A model generated the notes under the pieces. It saw nothing but the letters and a program-made list of their open reading frames with translations. It ran no database searches and had not been told where the DNA came from. From Delftia acidovorans NBRC 14950 (GTDB lineage: Bacteria; Pseudomonadota; Gammaproteobacteria; Burkholderiales; Burkholderiaceae_C), in NCBI RefSeq assembly GCF_001598795.1, contig NZ_BCZP01000002.1, positions 30,001-62,000 on the forward strand: 32,000 nt of DNA, in the 5' to 3' direction. Position numbers and translations under genes: made by a program. Shown piece by piece: positions 1-12,987 of this stretch (position 1 is its first letter; each line of letters starts with the position of its first letter).

Positions 1-72
1 GCGGCCCTGGGTGTCGAAGACGATGCTGCGCGAGCTGGAGGTGCCCTGGTCCAGGGCAAGCAGATAGGTCAT
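1..72 (-). CDS. glpK: glycerol kinase, first 24 codons only (gene runs off the left edge)
   Basis: The reverse complement of 1-72 reads MTYLLALDQGTSSSRSIVFDTQGR. This matches the conserved GlpK/FGGY N-terminus (E. coli ...YIVALDQGTTSSRAVV...). The start codon is the complement of 70-72. Confidence 0.8.
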   Translation of the reverse strand, partial: MTYLLALDQGTSSSRSIVFDTQGR

Positions 73-145
73 GGTGCGGTATCCAGGAAAAGCAGGGCCG
101 GTGCGCGTGTCCTGTGCGGGCGGTGGCGCAGCGGCTGCGGAAAAC

Positions 146-910
146 TTACTGCGCCACCACGCATTGCACTTCTGCTTCGCGCAGAAGGGCATCGAACGGG
201 GCGGGGGGCGCGGTATCGGTGAACAGGCGGTCGATCTGGTCCAGGCGTGCCAGCTCCACCATGGCCTGGCGGTGGAACTTGCTGTGGTCGGCGGCCAGCC
301 AGACTTCGCGCGACTGGGCAATGATGGTCTGGGCCACCTTGACCTCGCGCATGTCGAAGTCGCGCAGGCTGCCATCGGGCTCGATGGCCGAGATGCCGAT
401 CAGGGCGATGTCCACCTTGAACTGGCGGATGAAGTCCACGGCCGCCTCGCCCACGATGCCCCGGTCGCGCGTGCGCACCACGCCGCCGGCCACGATGACT
501 TCGCAGTCCGCGTTGGAGCTGAGGATGGCCGCCACGTTGAGGTTGTTGGTGATCACGCGCAGGCCCCGGTGCTTGAGCAGGGCCTGGGCCACGGCCTCGG
601 TGGTGGTGCCGATGTTCAGGATCAGCGAGCAGCCGTTGGGAATGGCCTCGGCCACGGCGCGCGCAATGCGCGACTTGCCTTCGGCATGCAGCACCTGGCG
701 CTGGGTGTGGCCCAGGTTCTCCACCGTGGCGCTGGGCACGCGCACGCCGCCGTGAAAGCGCACCATCAGGCCCGCATCGGCCAGCTTCTGTATGTCGCGG
801 CGCACGGTCTGCAGGGTCACGCCCAGGATCTCGGCCAGCTGCTCCACCGAAGTGGACTGGCGGCTGCGCACTTCGTCGAGCAGCTGTAGTTGTCGGGGAT
901 TGGTGTTCAC
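146..910 (-). CDS. glpR: DeoR-family transcriptional repressor of glycerol-3-phosphate regulon
   Basis: 254-aa ORF. It has an N-terminal wHTH (SVEQLAEILGVTLQTVRRDIQKLADAG) and a DeoR C-terminal effector domain (ILNIGTTT..., ALIGISAI...). It lies between glpK and the glycerol transporter/glpD operon. Confidence 0.9.
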   Translation of the reverse strand: MNTNPRQLQLLDEVRSRQSTSVEQLAEILGVTLQTVRRDIQKLADAGLMVRFHGGVRVPSATVENLGHTQRQVLHAEGKSRIARAVAEAIPNGCSLILNIGTTTEAVAQALLKHRGLRVITNNLNVAAILSSNADCEVIVAGGVVRTRDRGIVGEAAVDFIRQFKVDIALIGISAIEPDGSLRDFDMREVKVAQTIIAQSREVWLAADHSKFHRQAMVELARLDQIDRLFTDTAPPAPFDALLREAEVQCVVAQ

Positions 911-1008
911 GGCGGCGATTCCAGATCTGGTGCGTTCTCAGGCAAACAAGGCGGGGCGACCGGTTTATAGCGCATTTGCCCCTGGCCGGCCGTGGGTTGG
1001 GGAACTTT

Positions 1009-1094
1009 AAAACGAAGAAAAAAGAACAGCACCTAGGGTATGTGTTGATGGGCTGCGATCTGGAAAGAACAAAAATGATCACGTTCTTGCTTTC
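1009..1094. promoter_or_regulatory. putative GlpR operator cluster in the glpR / transporter divergent control region
   Basis: A-rich island in GC-rich DNA. It contains AACGAAGAAAAAAGAACAGC (1011-1030) and the imperfect inverted repeat GAAAGAAC (1063-1070) / GTTCTTGCTTTC (1083-1094). The AGAAC/GTTCT half-sites resemble the E. coli GlpR half-site CGAACA/TGTTCG. The 11-mer CGAAGAAAAAA recurs upstream of glpD. Confidence 0.4.
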
Positions 1095-1180
1095 GGATGG
1101 CGCGCAATCGCCGCCTTGAGCGAGATGTTTCTCCTTGTTCAATCGCTGCCCCCGAGGCGGCCTCGTCAGTGAGGGCGGTC

Positions 1181-2260
<1,080 letters not shown>

Positions 2261-2261
2261 G

Positions 2262-4234
<1,973 letters not shown>

Positions 4235-4309
4235 CCCCCACGCTCCCTTCGTTCACTGCCCCCCGAGGGGGCTCGGCCTCCCTTGGGGTGGCCCTGCGGG
4301 AGGCCGGAC

Positions 4310-5125
4310 ATGACTGAAGATCGCCGTTTCCACAAGCGCACGCTGTTCCTCGTCGCCTACCTGCTGTTCGCCGTGCTGCCCATCTACTGGATGGTCAACA
4401 TGAGCTTCAAGACCAACGAAGAGATCCTGTCGAGCTTCTCGCTGTGGCCCCAGCATTTCACCTGGGCCAACTACCAAACCATCTTCACCGATGCCTCCTG
4501 GTACTCGGGCTACATCAACAGCCTGATCTACGTGGCCATCAACACCGTGATCTCGCTCACGGTGGCCCTGCCCGCGGCCTATGCGTTCTCGCGCTACCAG
4601 TTCCTGGGCGACAAGCATGTGTTCTTCTGGCTGCTGACCAACCGCATGACGCCGCCGGCCGTCTTCCTGCTGCCCTTCTTCCAGCTCTACACCACGGTGG
4701 GCCTGATGGACACGCACATCGCCGTGGCCCTGGCCCACCTGCTGTTCAACGTGCCGCTGGCCGTCTGGATCCTGGAGGGCTTCATGAGCGGCATCCCGCG
4801 CGAGATCGACGAAACGGCCTATATCGACGGCTACTCCTTCCCGCGCTTTTTCCTCACCATCTTCCTGCCGCTGATCAAGGCCGGCGTGGGCGTGGCGGCC
4901 TTCTTCTGCTTCATGTTCAGCTGGGTGGAGCTGCTGCTGGCGCGCACGCTGACCAGCGTGAACGCCAAGCCCATCGTGGCGACCATGACGCGCACCGTCT
5001 CGGCCTCGGGCATGGACTGGGCGACGCTGGCGGCGGCCGGCGTGCTGACCATCGTGCCGGGCGCCATCGTGATCTGGTTTGTGCGGCATTACATCGCCAA
5101 GGGTTTCGCCATGGGAAGAGTGTGA
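4310..5125 (+). CDS. carbohydrate ABC transporter permease (MalG/UgpE-like)
   Basis: MTEDRRFHKRTLFLVAYLL..., EAA loop (EIDETAYIDGYSFPRFFLTIFLPL). ATG 4310 is preceded by GGGAGG (4298-4303). ATG 4283 is a less likely alternative start. Confidence 0.88.
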   Translation: MTEDRRFHKRTLFLVAYLLFAVLPIYWMVNMSFKTNEEILSSFSLWPQHFTWANYQTIFTDASWYSGYINSLIYVAINTVISLTVALPAAYAFSRYQFLGDKHVFFWLLTNRMTPPAVFLLPFFQLYTTVGLMDTHIAVALAHLLFNVPLAVWILEGFMSGIPREIDETAYIDGYSFPRFFLTIFLPLIKAGVGVAAFFCFMFSWVELLLARTLTSVNAKPIVATMTRTVSASGMDWATLAAAGVLTIVPGAIVIWFVRHYIAKGFAMGRV

Positions 5126-5126
5126 G

Positions 5127-5250
5127 GCACCCCCTGAGGCGCTTGCGCGCCTTCCCCCTCTCTACCCGCTTCCGTGGGGGAGGGGGACGACACCCTCGGG
5201 GCGGGGCGGCCCTTCCTCGGTGTCCCTGGGCTGGGCTCTGCCGGTTTCGA
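5127..5250. repeat. ~125-bp GC-rich structured intergenic repeat, copy A
   Basis: It aligns over its whole length with 7435-7556. Example: CCCCCTGAG.CGC.TGCGCG.CTTCCCCCTCTCTACCCGCTTC..GGGGGAGGGGGACGAC.CCCTCG...CGGGGCGGCCCTT. It contains an internal stem, TCCCCCTC / GAGGGGGA. Confidence 0.85.
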
Positions 5251-5292
5251 GAAGCTGCGGTATTGATGCTGGATTTCTGAAAGGACTCGTCA

Positions 5293-5601
5293 ATGTTTTC
5301 CTGGATGGCCTGGACGCTGCCGGTGGCGGTGTTCTTCAGTTGCATCGTGCTGATGCTGGTGGGCATGACGCTGTGGGAGTTGCGCAGCCCGACCGTGATG
5401 CGCAAGGGCTGGCTGCCGATGGCGACGACGCGCGGGGACCGGCTGTTCATCGGGCTGCTGCTGGCGGCCTATGTCAATCTGGCCTGGGTGGGCCTGGGCG
5501 AGAGGATGGCGCAGTGGTTCTCGCTGGAGGCCGAGCCTTCGGTGTGGATCAGCCTGGTGCTGTCCATGCTCGTGCTGGCCGTGGTCATGCGCAAAGGCTG
5601 A
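5293..5601 (+). CDS. DUF2160-family small membrane protein (GlpU-like accessory subunit)
   Basis: 102-aa ORF with hydrophobic segments (WTLPVAVFFSCIVLMLVGM; LFIGLLLAAYVNLAWVGL; VWISLVLSMLVLAVV). The SD AAAGGA lies 7 nt upstream. The position between the permeases and the SBP is typical of this transporter family. Confidence 0.8.
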   Translation: MFSWMAWTLPVAVFFSCIVLMLVGMTLWELRSPTVMRKGWLPMATTRGDRLFIGLLLAAYVNLAWVGLGERMAQWFSLEAEPSVWISLVLSMLVLAVVMRKG

Positions 5602-5701
5602 TCACTTCATTCCATTTATCGACAGCCGGGTCCGAAGCTCCCCCGGGGCCCGCTGGTGCATGTGCATGTCGGGGAGACAGCAAGAATCTAGGAGACGGCA
5701 G

Positions 5702-7434
<1,733 letters not shown>

Positions 7435-7435
<1 letters not shown>

Positions 7436-7556
7436 CACCCCCTGAGCCGCTGCGCGGCTTCCCCCTCTCTACCCGCTTCGCGGGGGAGGGGGACGACGCC
7501 CTCGCTGCGGGGCGGCCCTTGCTTGGCGTCCCTGAGTTGGGTCGCGCCGGTTTTGG
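7435..7556. repeat. ~125-bp GC-rich structured intergenic repeat, copy B
   Basis: Same element and orientation as 5127-5250. It starts immediately at the stop codon of the upstream gene, as copy A does. Confidence 0.85.
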
Positions 7557-7610
7557 ACGGCATGCGCTGTGCTGGCATCGCAGTCCATCGTTGGGGCTTC
7601 CTGGGTCGCC

Positions 7611-7676
7611 AAAAACACGAAACGAAAGATAGCGAAGAAAAAAATACAAAAACGAGCGAAAATAGCGGAAAACCCG
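7611..7676. promoter_or_regulatory. putative GlpR operator / glpD control region
   Basis: A-rich island: AAAAACACGAAACGAAAGATAGCGAAGAAAAAAATACAAAAACGAGCGAAAATAGCGGAAAAC. It has reiterated CGAAA/CGAAG units and the same CGAAGAAAAAA 11-mer (7633-7643) found at 1013-1023. Confidence 0.4.
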
Positions 7677-7780
7677 ATTCCGTCCCCTTCGCATTGGGCG
7701 CAGGCGTGGCGTCCCGGGTGCTGACATGGCGGCTACATGGCGCCCTGTTAACTTGCCCCACATTCCTTCGTCGAAGATCC

Positions 7781-9370
7781 ATGTCCCTCGCTGCTTCCCC
7801 TCTGCCCACCGGCCGCGCCGCCCTGCTGGAACGCCTGGCCCAGCCTGAAACCTACGATCTGGCCATCATCGGCGGCGGTGCCACCGGCCTGGGCGTGGCC
7901 CTGGACGCGGCGGCGCGCGGGTTCAAGGTCGTGCTGGTGGAGTCGCATGACTTCGCCAAGGGCACGTCCTCGCGCGCAACCAAGCTGGTCCATGGTGGCG
8001 TGCGTTACCTGGCCCAGGGCAACATCGCCCTGGTGCGCGAAGCGCTGCATGAGCGCACCACGCTGCTGCACAACGCGCCCCACCTGGCGCAGCCGCTGGC
8101 CTTTGTCATGCCGTCCTACAAGCTGCTGGACACGCCGTTCTACGGCATCGGCCTCAAGATGTATGACGCGCTGGCCGGCAAGGCAGGCCTGGGCGCCACC
8201 GAATTCCTCTCGCGCTCCAGCACCGTCAAGTGTTTGCCCACCGTGCGCCAGCAAGGCCTCAAGGGCGGCGTCAAATACTGGGACGGCCAGTTCGACGATG
8301 CCCGCCTGGCGCTGGCGCTGGCACGCACGGCCGCCGCCAAGGGCGCGCTGCTGGTCAACTACTGCCCCGCGCTTGAACTGCTGCATGAAGGCGGCAAGGT
8401 CGCCGGCCTGGTCTGCGAAGACACGGAATCGGGCCGGCGCTTCACGCTGCGCGCCAAGTGCGTGGTCAACGCCACCGGCCCCTGGGTGGACCTGTTCCGC
8501 CAGCAGGATGCCGAGGCCCAGGGCCGTCCCGTCAAGCCTATGGTCGCGCCCAGCCAGGGCGTGCACGTGGTGGTGGACCGCGACTTCCTGCCCAGCGATC
8601 ACGCCCTGCTCGTGCCCAAGACGGCCGATGGCCGCGTGCTCTTTGCCGTGCCCTGGCTGGGCAAGGTCATCCTGGGCACCACCGACACGCCGCGCAACGA
8701 CCTGGCGCGCGAGCCCCTGCCGTTCCCCGAGGAGCTGGACTTCATCCTCACCGAGGCCGGACGCTATCTCACGCGCCAGCCCACGCTGGCCGACGTGCGC
8801 AGCATGTGGGTCGGCCTGCGCCCGCTGGTCAAGCCCCAGGACGACGACGGCGAGAACACCAAGAAGATCAGCCGCGAGCACACGGTCATGTCCAGCCGCA
8901 CCGGCCTGGTCACCGTCACGGGCGGCAAATGGACCACCTACCGCGCCATGGCCGAAGACGTGCTCTCCGAGTGCTTTGCCATCGGCCGCCTGCCGCACCG
9001 CCCCGGCGGCGTCACGGCCCGCCTGCCGCTGGCCGGCGCCCCGGCCGAATCCGCCGTGCACCACCGCATGAACCAGGTCCAGGGCCTGCATTCCTATGGC
9101 ACGGAAGCCTCGGCGGTGGAGGCGTTGCCGGGCAACGACGAATGGCTGGCAGACGGCCTGAACGAAGCCATGGTGCGCTTTGCCGCGCGCTTCGAATACG
9201 CGCGCACCGTGGAAGACGTGCTGGCGCGCCGCAGCCGCCTGCTGTTCCTCGATGCGCGCAAGGCCGCCGAGGTGGCGCCGCGCGTGGCAGCCATCCTCCA
9301 GGAGGAGCTGGGGCAGGACGCCGGTCTGGCGGACTTCATGCCGCTGGCGGCCCAGTACCTGCCGGCCTGA
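7781..9370 (+). CDS. glpD: FAD-dependent aerobic glycerol-3-phosphate dehydrogenase
   Basis: MSLAASPLPTGR..., dinucleotide-binding fold DLAIIGGGATGLGVALDAAARG, then KGTSSRATKLVHGGVRYL, which is typical of GlpD. The first in-frame ATG after the control region is at 7781. The track ORF start at 7523 lies inside the repeat and A-rich region. Confidence 0.9.
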   Translation: MSLAASPLPTGRAALLERLAQPETYDLAIIGGGATGLGVALDAAARGFKVVLVESHDFAKGTSSRATKLVHGGVRYLAQGNIALVREALHERTTLLHNAPHLAQPLAFVMPSYKLLDTPFYGIGLKMYDALAGKAGLGATEFLSRSSTVKCLPTVRQQGLKGGVKYWDGQFDDARLALALARTAAAKGALLVNYCPALELLHEGGKVAGLVCEDTESGRRFTLRAKCVVNATGPWVDLFRQQDAEAQGRPVKPMVAPSQGVHVVVDRDFLPSDHALLVPKTADGRVLFAVPWLGKVILGTTDTPRNDLAREPLPFPEELDFILTEAGRYLTRQPTLADVRSMWVGLRPLVKPQDDDGENTKKISREHTVMSSRTGLVTVTGGKWTTYRAMAEDVLSECFAIGRLPHRPGGVTARLPLAGAPAESAVHHRMNQVQGLHSYGTEASAVEALPGNDEWLADGLNEAMVRFAARFEYARTVEDVLARRSRLLFLDARKAAEVAPRVAAILQEELGQDAGLADFMPLAAQYLPA

Positions 9371-9392
9371 TTGCGGCTGAAGTCCCTCTCAA

Positions 9393-9427
9393 GCAAAACG
9401 CCCTGCACTGCAGGGCGTTTTGCTTTT
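9393..9427 (+). terminator. intrinsic terminator of glpD
   Basis: GCAAAACGCCCTGCA-C-TGCAGGGCGTTTTGC is a perfect 15-bp-arm palindrome followed by TTTT. It starts 23 nt after the glpD stop. Confidence 0.85.
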
Positions 9428-9723
9428 GGAGGCAGATGCAAGCCAAGGAAAGATTGTCAAAATTGATGGATATCTATCTTTGATTGTTTTTATGAATCAG
9501 AATGCTGCCCATGGCATCTCGTAACGGTGCCGGCGAACAGCAGCCAGCACAAGGCTGACGAGGGAGGGGGAATGATGAAGAAAGCGCTTGAAAGTCCGTT
9601 TTCCGCAGGGCCAGGGCCGTGCCCGAACCCAACGCGGTGGCCCCAAGCCGCTGCGATGTCTGCGCCGCCGTAGTACGCGCGGCCAGCCCGCAGCAGACGA
9701 TTGCGTTGAGTCTGCCACCCTTT

Positions 9724-9750
9724 GCCGAGCCCGCCAGGCTCGGCTTTTTT
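9724..9750 (+). terminator. orphan intrinsic terminator (no annotated gene upstream)
   Basis: GCCGAGCC (9724-9731), loop CGCCA, GGCTCGGC (9737-9744), then TTTTTT (9745-9750). The T-run is present only in the plus orientation. Confidence 0.75.
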
Positions 9751-9867
9751 ATGGGCGTTTCCGATGGGGTGCGGCCATCGGCAGGCCCAGCTTGCTCCTG
9801 GGTTGATAGCGCTCTTGTGGGGGTTGCGCAACGCTGCCGGCCAGGGGTGGAAAAGGCAGCTAAGGGT

Positions 9868-9896
9868 TTGACGCGCAAAGGAATTTCTGGGACAAT
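9868..9896 (+). promoter_or_regulatory. candidate sigma70 promoter of the spc ribosomal operon
   Basis: TTGACG (9868-9873), a 17-nt spacer, then GACAAT (9891-9896). It lies about 160 nt upstream of rplN and downstream of two terminators. Confidence 0.45.
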
Positions 9897-10057
9897 CCCA
9901 TGCTTCACGTGAAAATCGTGAAGTTATCTGCCCAGTGGAAGCGCCGAGAAATGGTTTTCGGCGTGGACGACGGGCCCAAGACTGACTGGCTGCTCGCGGC
10001 CCTTGAGAAGACTCTGGGGCTGTCGAGTGTTTGCTGGAGCAAGTTGGGAATATTGAA

Positions 10058-10426
10058 ATGATCCAAACAGAATCTCGGTTAGAGGTTGCCGACAACACCG
10101 GCGCGAAGTCTGTTCAGTGCATCAAAGTGCTGGGCGGTTCTCATCGTCGCTATGCGAGTGTTGGTGACATCATCAAGGTGACCATCAAGGAAGCTGCACC
10201 GCGTGGACGCGTCAAAAAAGGCGAGGTCTACAGCGCGGTCGTGGTGCGTACGGCGAAGGGTATTCGCCGTGCTGATGGCTCGCTCGTCAAGTTCGACGGC
10301 AACGCCGCCGTTCTGCTGAACGCCAAGCTGGAGCCTATCGGCACCCGCATCTTTGGCCCCGTGACTCGTGAACTGCGCAACGAAAAGTTCATGAAGATCG
10401 TGTCCCTGGCACCTGAAGTTCTCTAA
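10058..10426 (+). CDS. rplN: 50S ribosomal protein L14
   Basis: [27 protein letters not shown]... compares with E. coli MIQEQTMLNVADNSGAR. The track ORF start at 10031 adds 9 non-homologous residues. Confidence 0.97.
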   Translation: MIQTESRLEVADNTGAKSVQCIKVLGGSHRRYASVGDIIKVTIKEAAPRGRVKKGEVYSAVVVRTAKGIRRADGSLVKFDGNAAVLLNAKLEPIGTRIFGPVTRELRNEKFMKIVSLAPEVL

Positions 10427-10436
10427 AGGAAGCACC

Positions 10437-10757
10437 ATGAACAAGATTCGCAAGGGCGACCAAATCATCGTGCTGACCGGCCGTGACAAGGGCAAGCAAG
10501 GCGTGGTCTCGGCTCGCAAGGACGACTCCCACCTGTTGATCGATGGCATCAACATGGTGAAGAAGCACGTCAAGCCGAACCCCATGAAGGGCACCACCGG
10601 CGGTATCGTGGAAAAGGCCATGCCTATCCACCAATCCAACGTGGCCATCTTCAATGCAGCGACCGGCAAGGCTGATCGCGTGGGCATCAAGGTGCAGGCC
10701 GACGGCACACGCGTTCGCGTGTTCAAGTCCAGCGGCGCCGAAATCAAGGCGGCCTAA
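10437..10757 (+). CDS. rplX: 50S ribosomal protein L24
   Basis: [24 protein letters not shown]... (KOW motif). Conserved spc-operon order. Confidence 0.97.
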   Translation: MNKIRKGDQIIVLTGRDKGKQGVVSARKDDSHLLIDGINMVKKHVKPNPMKGTTGGIVEKAMPIHQSNVAIFNAATGKADRVGIKVQADGTRVRVFKSSGAEIKAA

Positions 10758-10767
10758 GGGGTAACAC

Positions 10768-11307
10768 ATGGCACGACTGCAAAAACTGTATCGCGAAAAG
10801 ATCGCGGCTGAACTCAAGGAAAAGTTCGGCTACACCTCCTCCATGGAAGTGCCCCGTCTGACCAAGATCACCCTGAACATGGGTGTGAGCGAAGCCGTGG
10901 CCGACAAGAAGGTGATGGACAACGCCGTGGCTGACCTGACCAAGATTGCTGGTCAGAAGCCCGTGGTGACCAAGGCCAAGAAGGCTATCGCCGGCTTCAA
11001 GATCCGTGAAGGCCAGGCCATTGGCTGCATGGTGACCCTGCGTGGCGTTCAGATGTATGAATTCCTGGACCGTTTCGTCACCGTGGCTCTGCCCCGCGTG
11101 CGTGACTTCCGTGGTATCTCCGGCCGTTCTTTCGACGGTCGCGGCAACTACAACGTCGGCGTCAAGGAACAGATCATCTTCCCCGAAATCGAGTACGACA
11201 AGGTGGACGCTCTGCGTGGTCTGAACATCAGCATCACGACGACAGCTCGGACCGACGATGAGTGCAAGGCACTGCTCGCCGCTTTCCGTTTCCCCTTCAA
11301 GAACTGA
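10768..11307 (+). CDS. rplE: 50S ribosomal protein L5
   Basis: [22 protein letters not shown]...[12 protein letters not shown] is the L5 signature. Confidence 0.97.
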   Translation: MARLQKLYREKIAAELKEKFGYTSSMEVPRLTKITLNMGVSEAVADKKVMDNAVADLTKIAGQKPVVTKAKKAIAGFKIREGQAIGCMVTLRGVQMYEFLDRFVTVALPRVRDFRGISGRSFDGRGNYNVGVKEQIIFPEIEYDKVDALRGLNISITTTARTDDECKALLAAFRFPFKN

Positions 11308-11315
11308 GGTGGCGC

Positions 11316-11621
11316 ATGGCTAAAGTTGCATTGATCCAGCGCGAACTCAAGCGCGAAAAGCTGGCAGCCAAGTACGCTGCCAAATACGCAGAACTGAAGG
11401 CAATCGCCGCTGACGCAAAGCGCAGCGACGAAGAGCGCGACGCCGCTCGCCTGGGCCTGCAGAAGCTGCCCCGTAACGCGAACCCCACTCGCCAGCGCAA
11501 CCGCTGCGAGATCACGGGTCGTCCCCGTGGCACCTTCCGTCAATTCGGTCTGGGCCGCGCCAAGATCCGTGAACTGGCCTTCGCTGGCGACATCCCCGGT
11601 GTCACCAAGGCCAGCTGGTAA
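11316..11621 (+). CDS. rpsN: 30S ribosomal protein S14
   Basis: [16 protein letters not shown]...[12 protein letters not shown]...[18 protein letters not shown] 11316 follows GAGGTGG. The track ORF start at 11262 overlaps rplE. Confidence 0.96.
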   Translation: MAKVALIQRELKREKLAAKYAAKYAELKAIAADAKRSDEERDAARLGLQKLPRNANPTRQRNRCEITGRPRGTFRQFGLGRAKIRELAFAGDIPGVTKASW

Positions 11622-11641
11622 GCAAGCAGGAGAGATTAAAC

Positions 11642-12037
11642 ATGAGCATGAGTGATCCCATCGCTGACTTGCTGACCCGCATCCGCAATGCACAAATGGT
11701 CTCCAAGACCACCGTGACGGCTCCTTCCTCCAAGGTCAAGGTTGCCATCGCCCAGGTGCTGAAGGATGAAGGCTACATCGACGGCTTCCAAGTGAAGACC
11801 GACGCTGGCAAGTCCGAACTCGAAATTACCCTGAAGTACTACGCCGGCCGTCCGGTGATCGAGCGCATCGAGCGCGTGAGCCGTCCCGGCCTGCGCGTGT
11901 ACAAGGGCCGTGACGCAATCCCCCAGGTCATGAACGGTATGGGCGTTGCCATCGTCACCACTCCCAAGGGCGTGATGACGGATCGCAAGGCACGCGCCAC
12001 TGGCGTGGGCGGCGAAGTGCTGTGCTACGTGGCCTAA
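11642..12037 (+). CDS. rpsH: 30S ribosomal protein S8
   Basis: [19 protein letters not shown]... is the canonical S8 N-terminus. Confidence 0.97.
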   Translation: MSMSDPIADLLTRIRNAQMVSKTTVTAPSSKVKVAIAQVLKDEGYIDGFQVKTDAGKSELEITLKYYAGRPVIERIERVSRPGLRVYKGRDAIPQVMNGMGVAIVTTPKGVMTDRKARATGVGGEVLCYVA

Positions 12038-12061
12038 CGGACATTAAGGAGAAATACTGAA

Positions 12062-12595
12062 ATGTCTCGCGTAGCAAAGACTCCCGTGGCCATCCCCGCA
12101 GGCGTGGATGTGTCCATCAAAGACGACCAGATCAATGTGAAGGGCACCGGCGGCACGCTGTCGCAAGCCCAGAACGTTCTGGTGAAGATCTCCAACAACG
12201 AAGGCAAGCTGTCTTTCGAGCCCGTCAATGACTCGCGCGAAGCCAACGCCATGAGCGGCACCATGCGTCAGCTGGTGAACAACATGGTGGTGGGCGTGAG
12301 CAAGGGCTTCGAGAAGAAGCTGTCGCTGGTTGGCGTGGGTTTCAAGGCTTCGGCCTCGGGCTCCAAGCTGAACCTGGCGATCGGCTTTTCGCACCCGGTG
12401 AACTTCGAAATGCCGGCCGGCATCACTGTCACCACCCCCACACCGACCGAAATCTTGGTCAAGGGTGCTGACCGCCAGGCCGTTGGCCAAATGGCTGCTG
12501 AGATCCGTGCCGTTCGTCCTCCCGAGCCCTACAAGGGCAAGGGCATCCGTTACTCGGATGAGAAGGTCGTGATCAAAGAGACCAAGAAGAAGTAA
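12062..12595 (+). CDS. rplF: 50S ribosomal protein L6
   Basis: [28 protein letters not shown]...[10 protein letters not shown]. Confidence 0.97.
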   Translation: MSRVAKTPVAIPAGVDVSIKDDQINVKGTGGTLSQAQNVLVKISNNEGKLSFEPVNDSREANAMSGTMRQLVNNMVVGVSKGFEKKLSLVGVGFKASASGSKLNLAIGFSHPVNFEMPAGITVTTPTPTEILVKGADRQAVGQMAAEIRAVRPPEPYKGKGIRYSDEKVVIKETKKK

Positions 12596-12606
12596 GGAGC
12601 TGCATT

Positions 12607-12972
12607 ATGTTGACCAAGAAAGAGCAGCGTCTCCGTCGTGCCCGCCAGACCCGCATCCGCATTGCACAGCAAGGCGTGGCACGTCTGAGCGTGAACCGTA
12701 CGAACCTCCACATCTACGCAAGCGTGGTGTCGGAAGACGGCACCAAGGTGCTGGCTTCGGCCTCCACCGCCGAAGCCGAAGTGCGCACCCAACTGGGCGC
12801 CATCGGCAAGGGTGGCAACGTGGCTGCCGCTACGCTGATTGGCAAGCGCATTGCCGAGAAGGCGAAGGCTGCCGGCGTGGAGAAAGTGGCTTTCGATCGC
12901 GCTGGTTTCGCATACCACGGCCGCGTGAAGGCTTTGGCAGAAGCCGCTCGTGAAGCCGGCCTGCAGTTCTAA
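12607..12972 (+). CDS. rplR: 50S ribosomal protein L18
   Basis: ...[15 protein letters not shown]...[26 protein letters not shown]. Confidence 0.97.
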   Translation: MLTKKEQRLRRARQTRIRIAQQGVARLSVNRTNLHIYASVVSEDGTKVLASASTAEAEVRTQLGAIGKGGNVAAATLIGKRIAEKAKAAGVEKVAFDRAGFAYHGRVKALAEAAREAGLQF

Positions 12973-12987
12973 GCGGAGCGGATAGAA

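Noticed and set aside
9586-9640. GAAAGTCCG...CAGGGCCAGGG string resembling the RNase P RNA CR-I region (GAGGAAAGUCCGGGCUCC..AGGGCAGGG).
   Set aside because: The unit is about 100 nt too short for bacterial RNase P RNA. It also lacks the other universally conserved blocks (for example the ACAGNRA and AGAACCCGGCUUA-type regions). The similarity is probably chance.
9474-10098. Minus-strand ORFs of 144 aa and 202 aa in the glpD-rplN spacer, and plus-strand ORFs 9588-9806 and 9619-9912.
   Set aside because: They have non-protein-like composition and no SD. They run through an intrinsic terminator or the promoter, and the 202-aa ORF also overlaps the rplN start.
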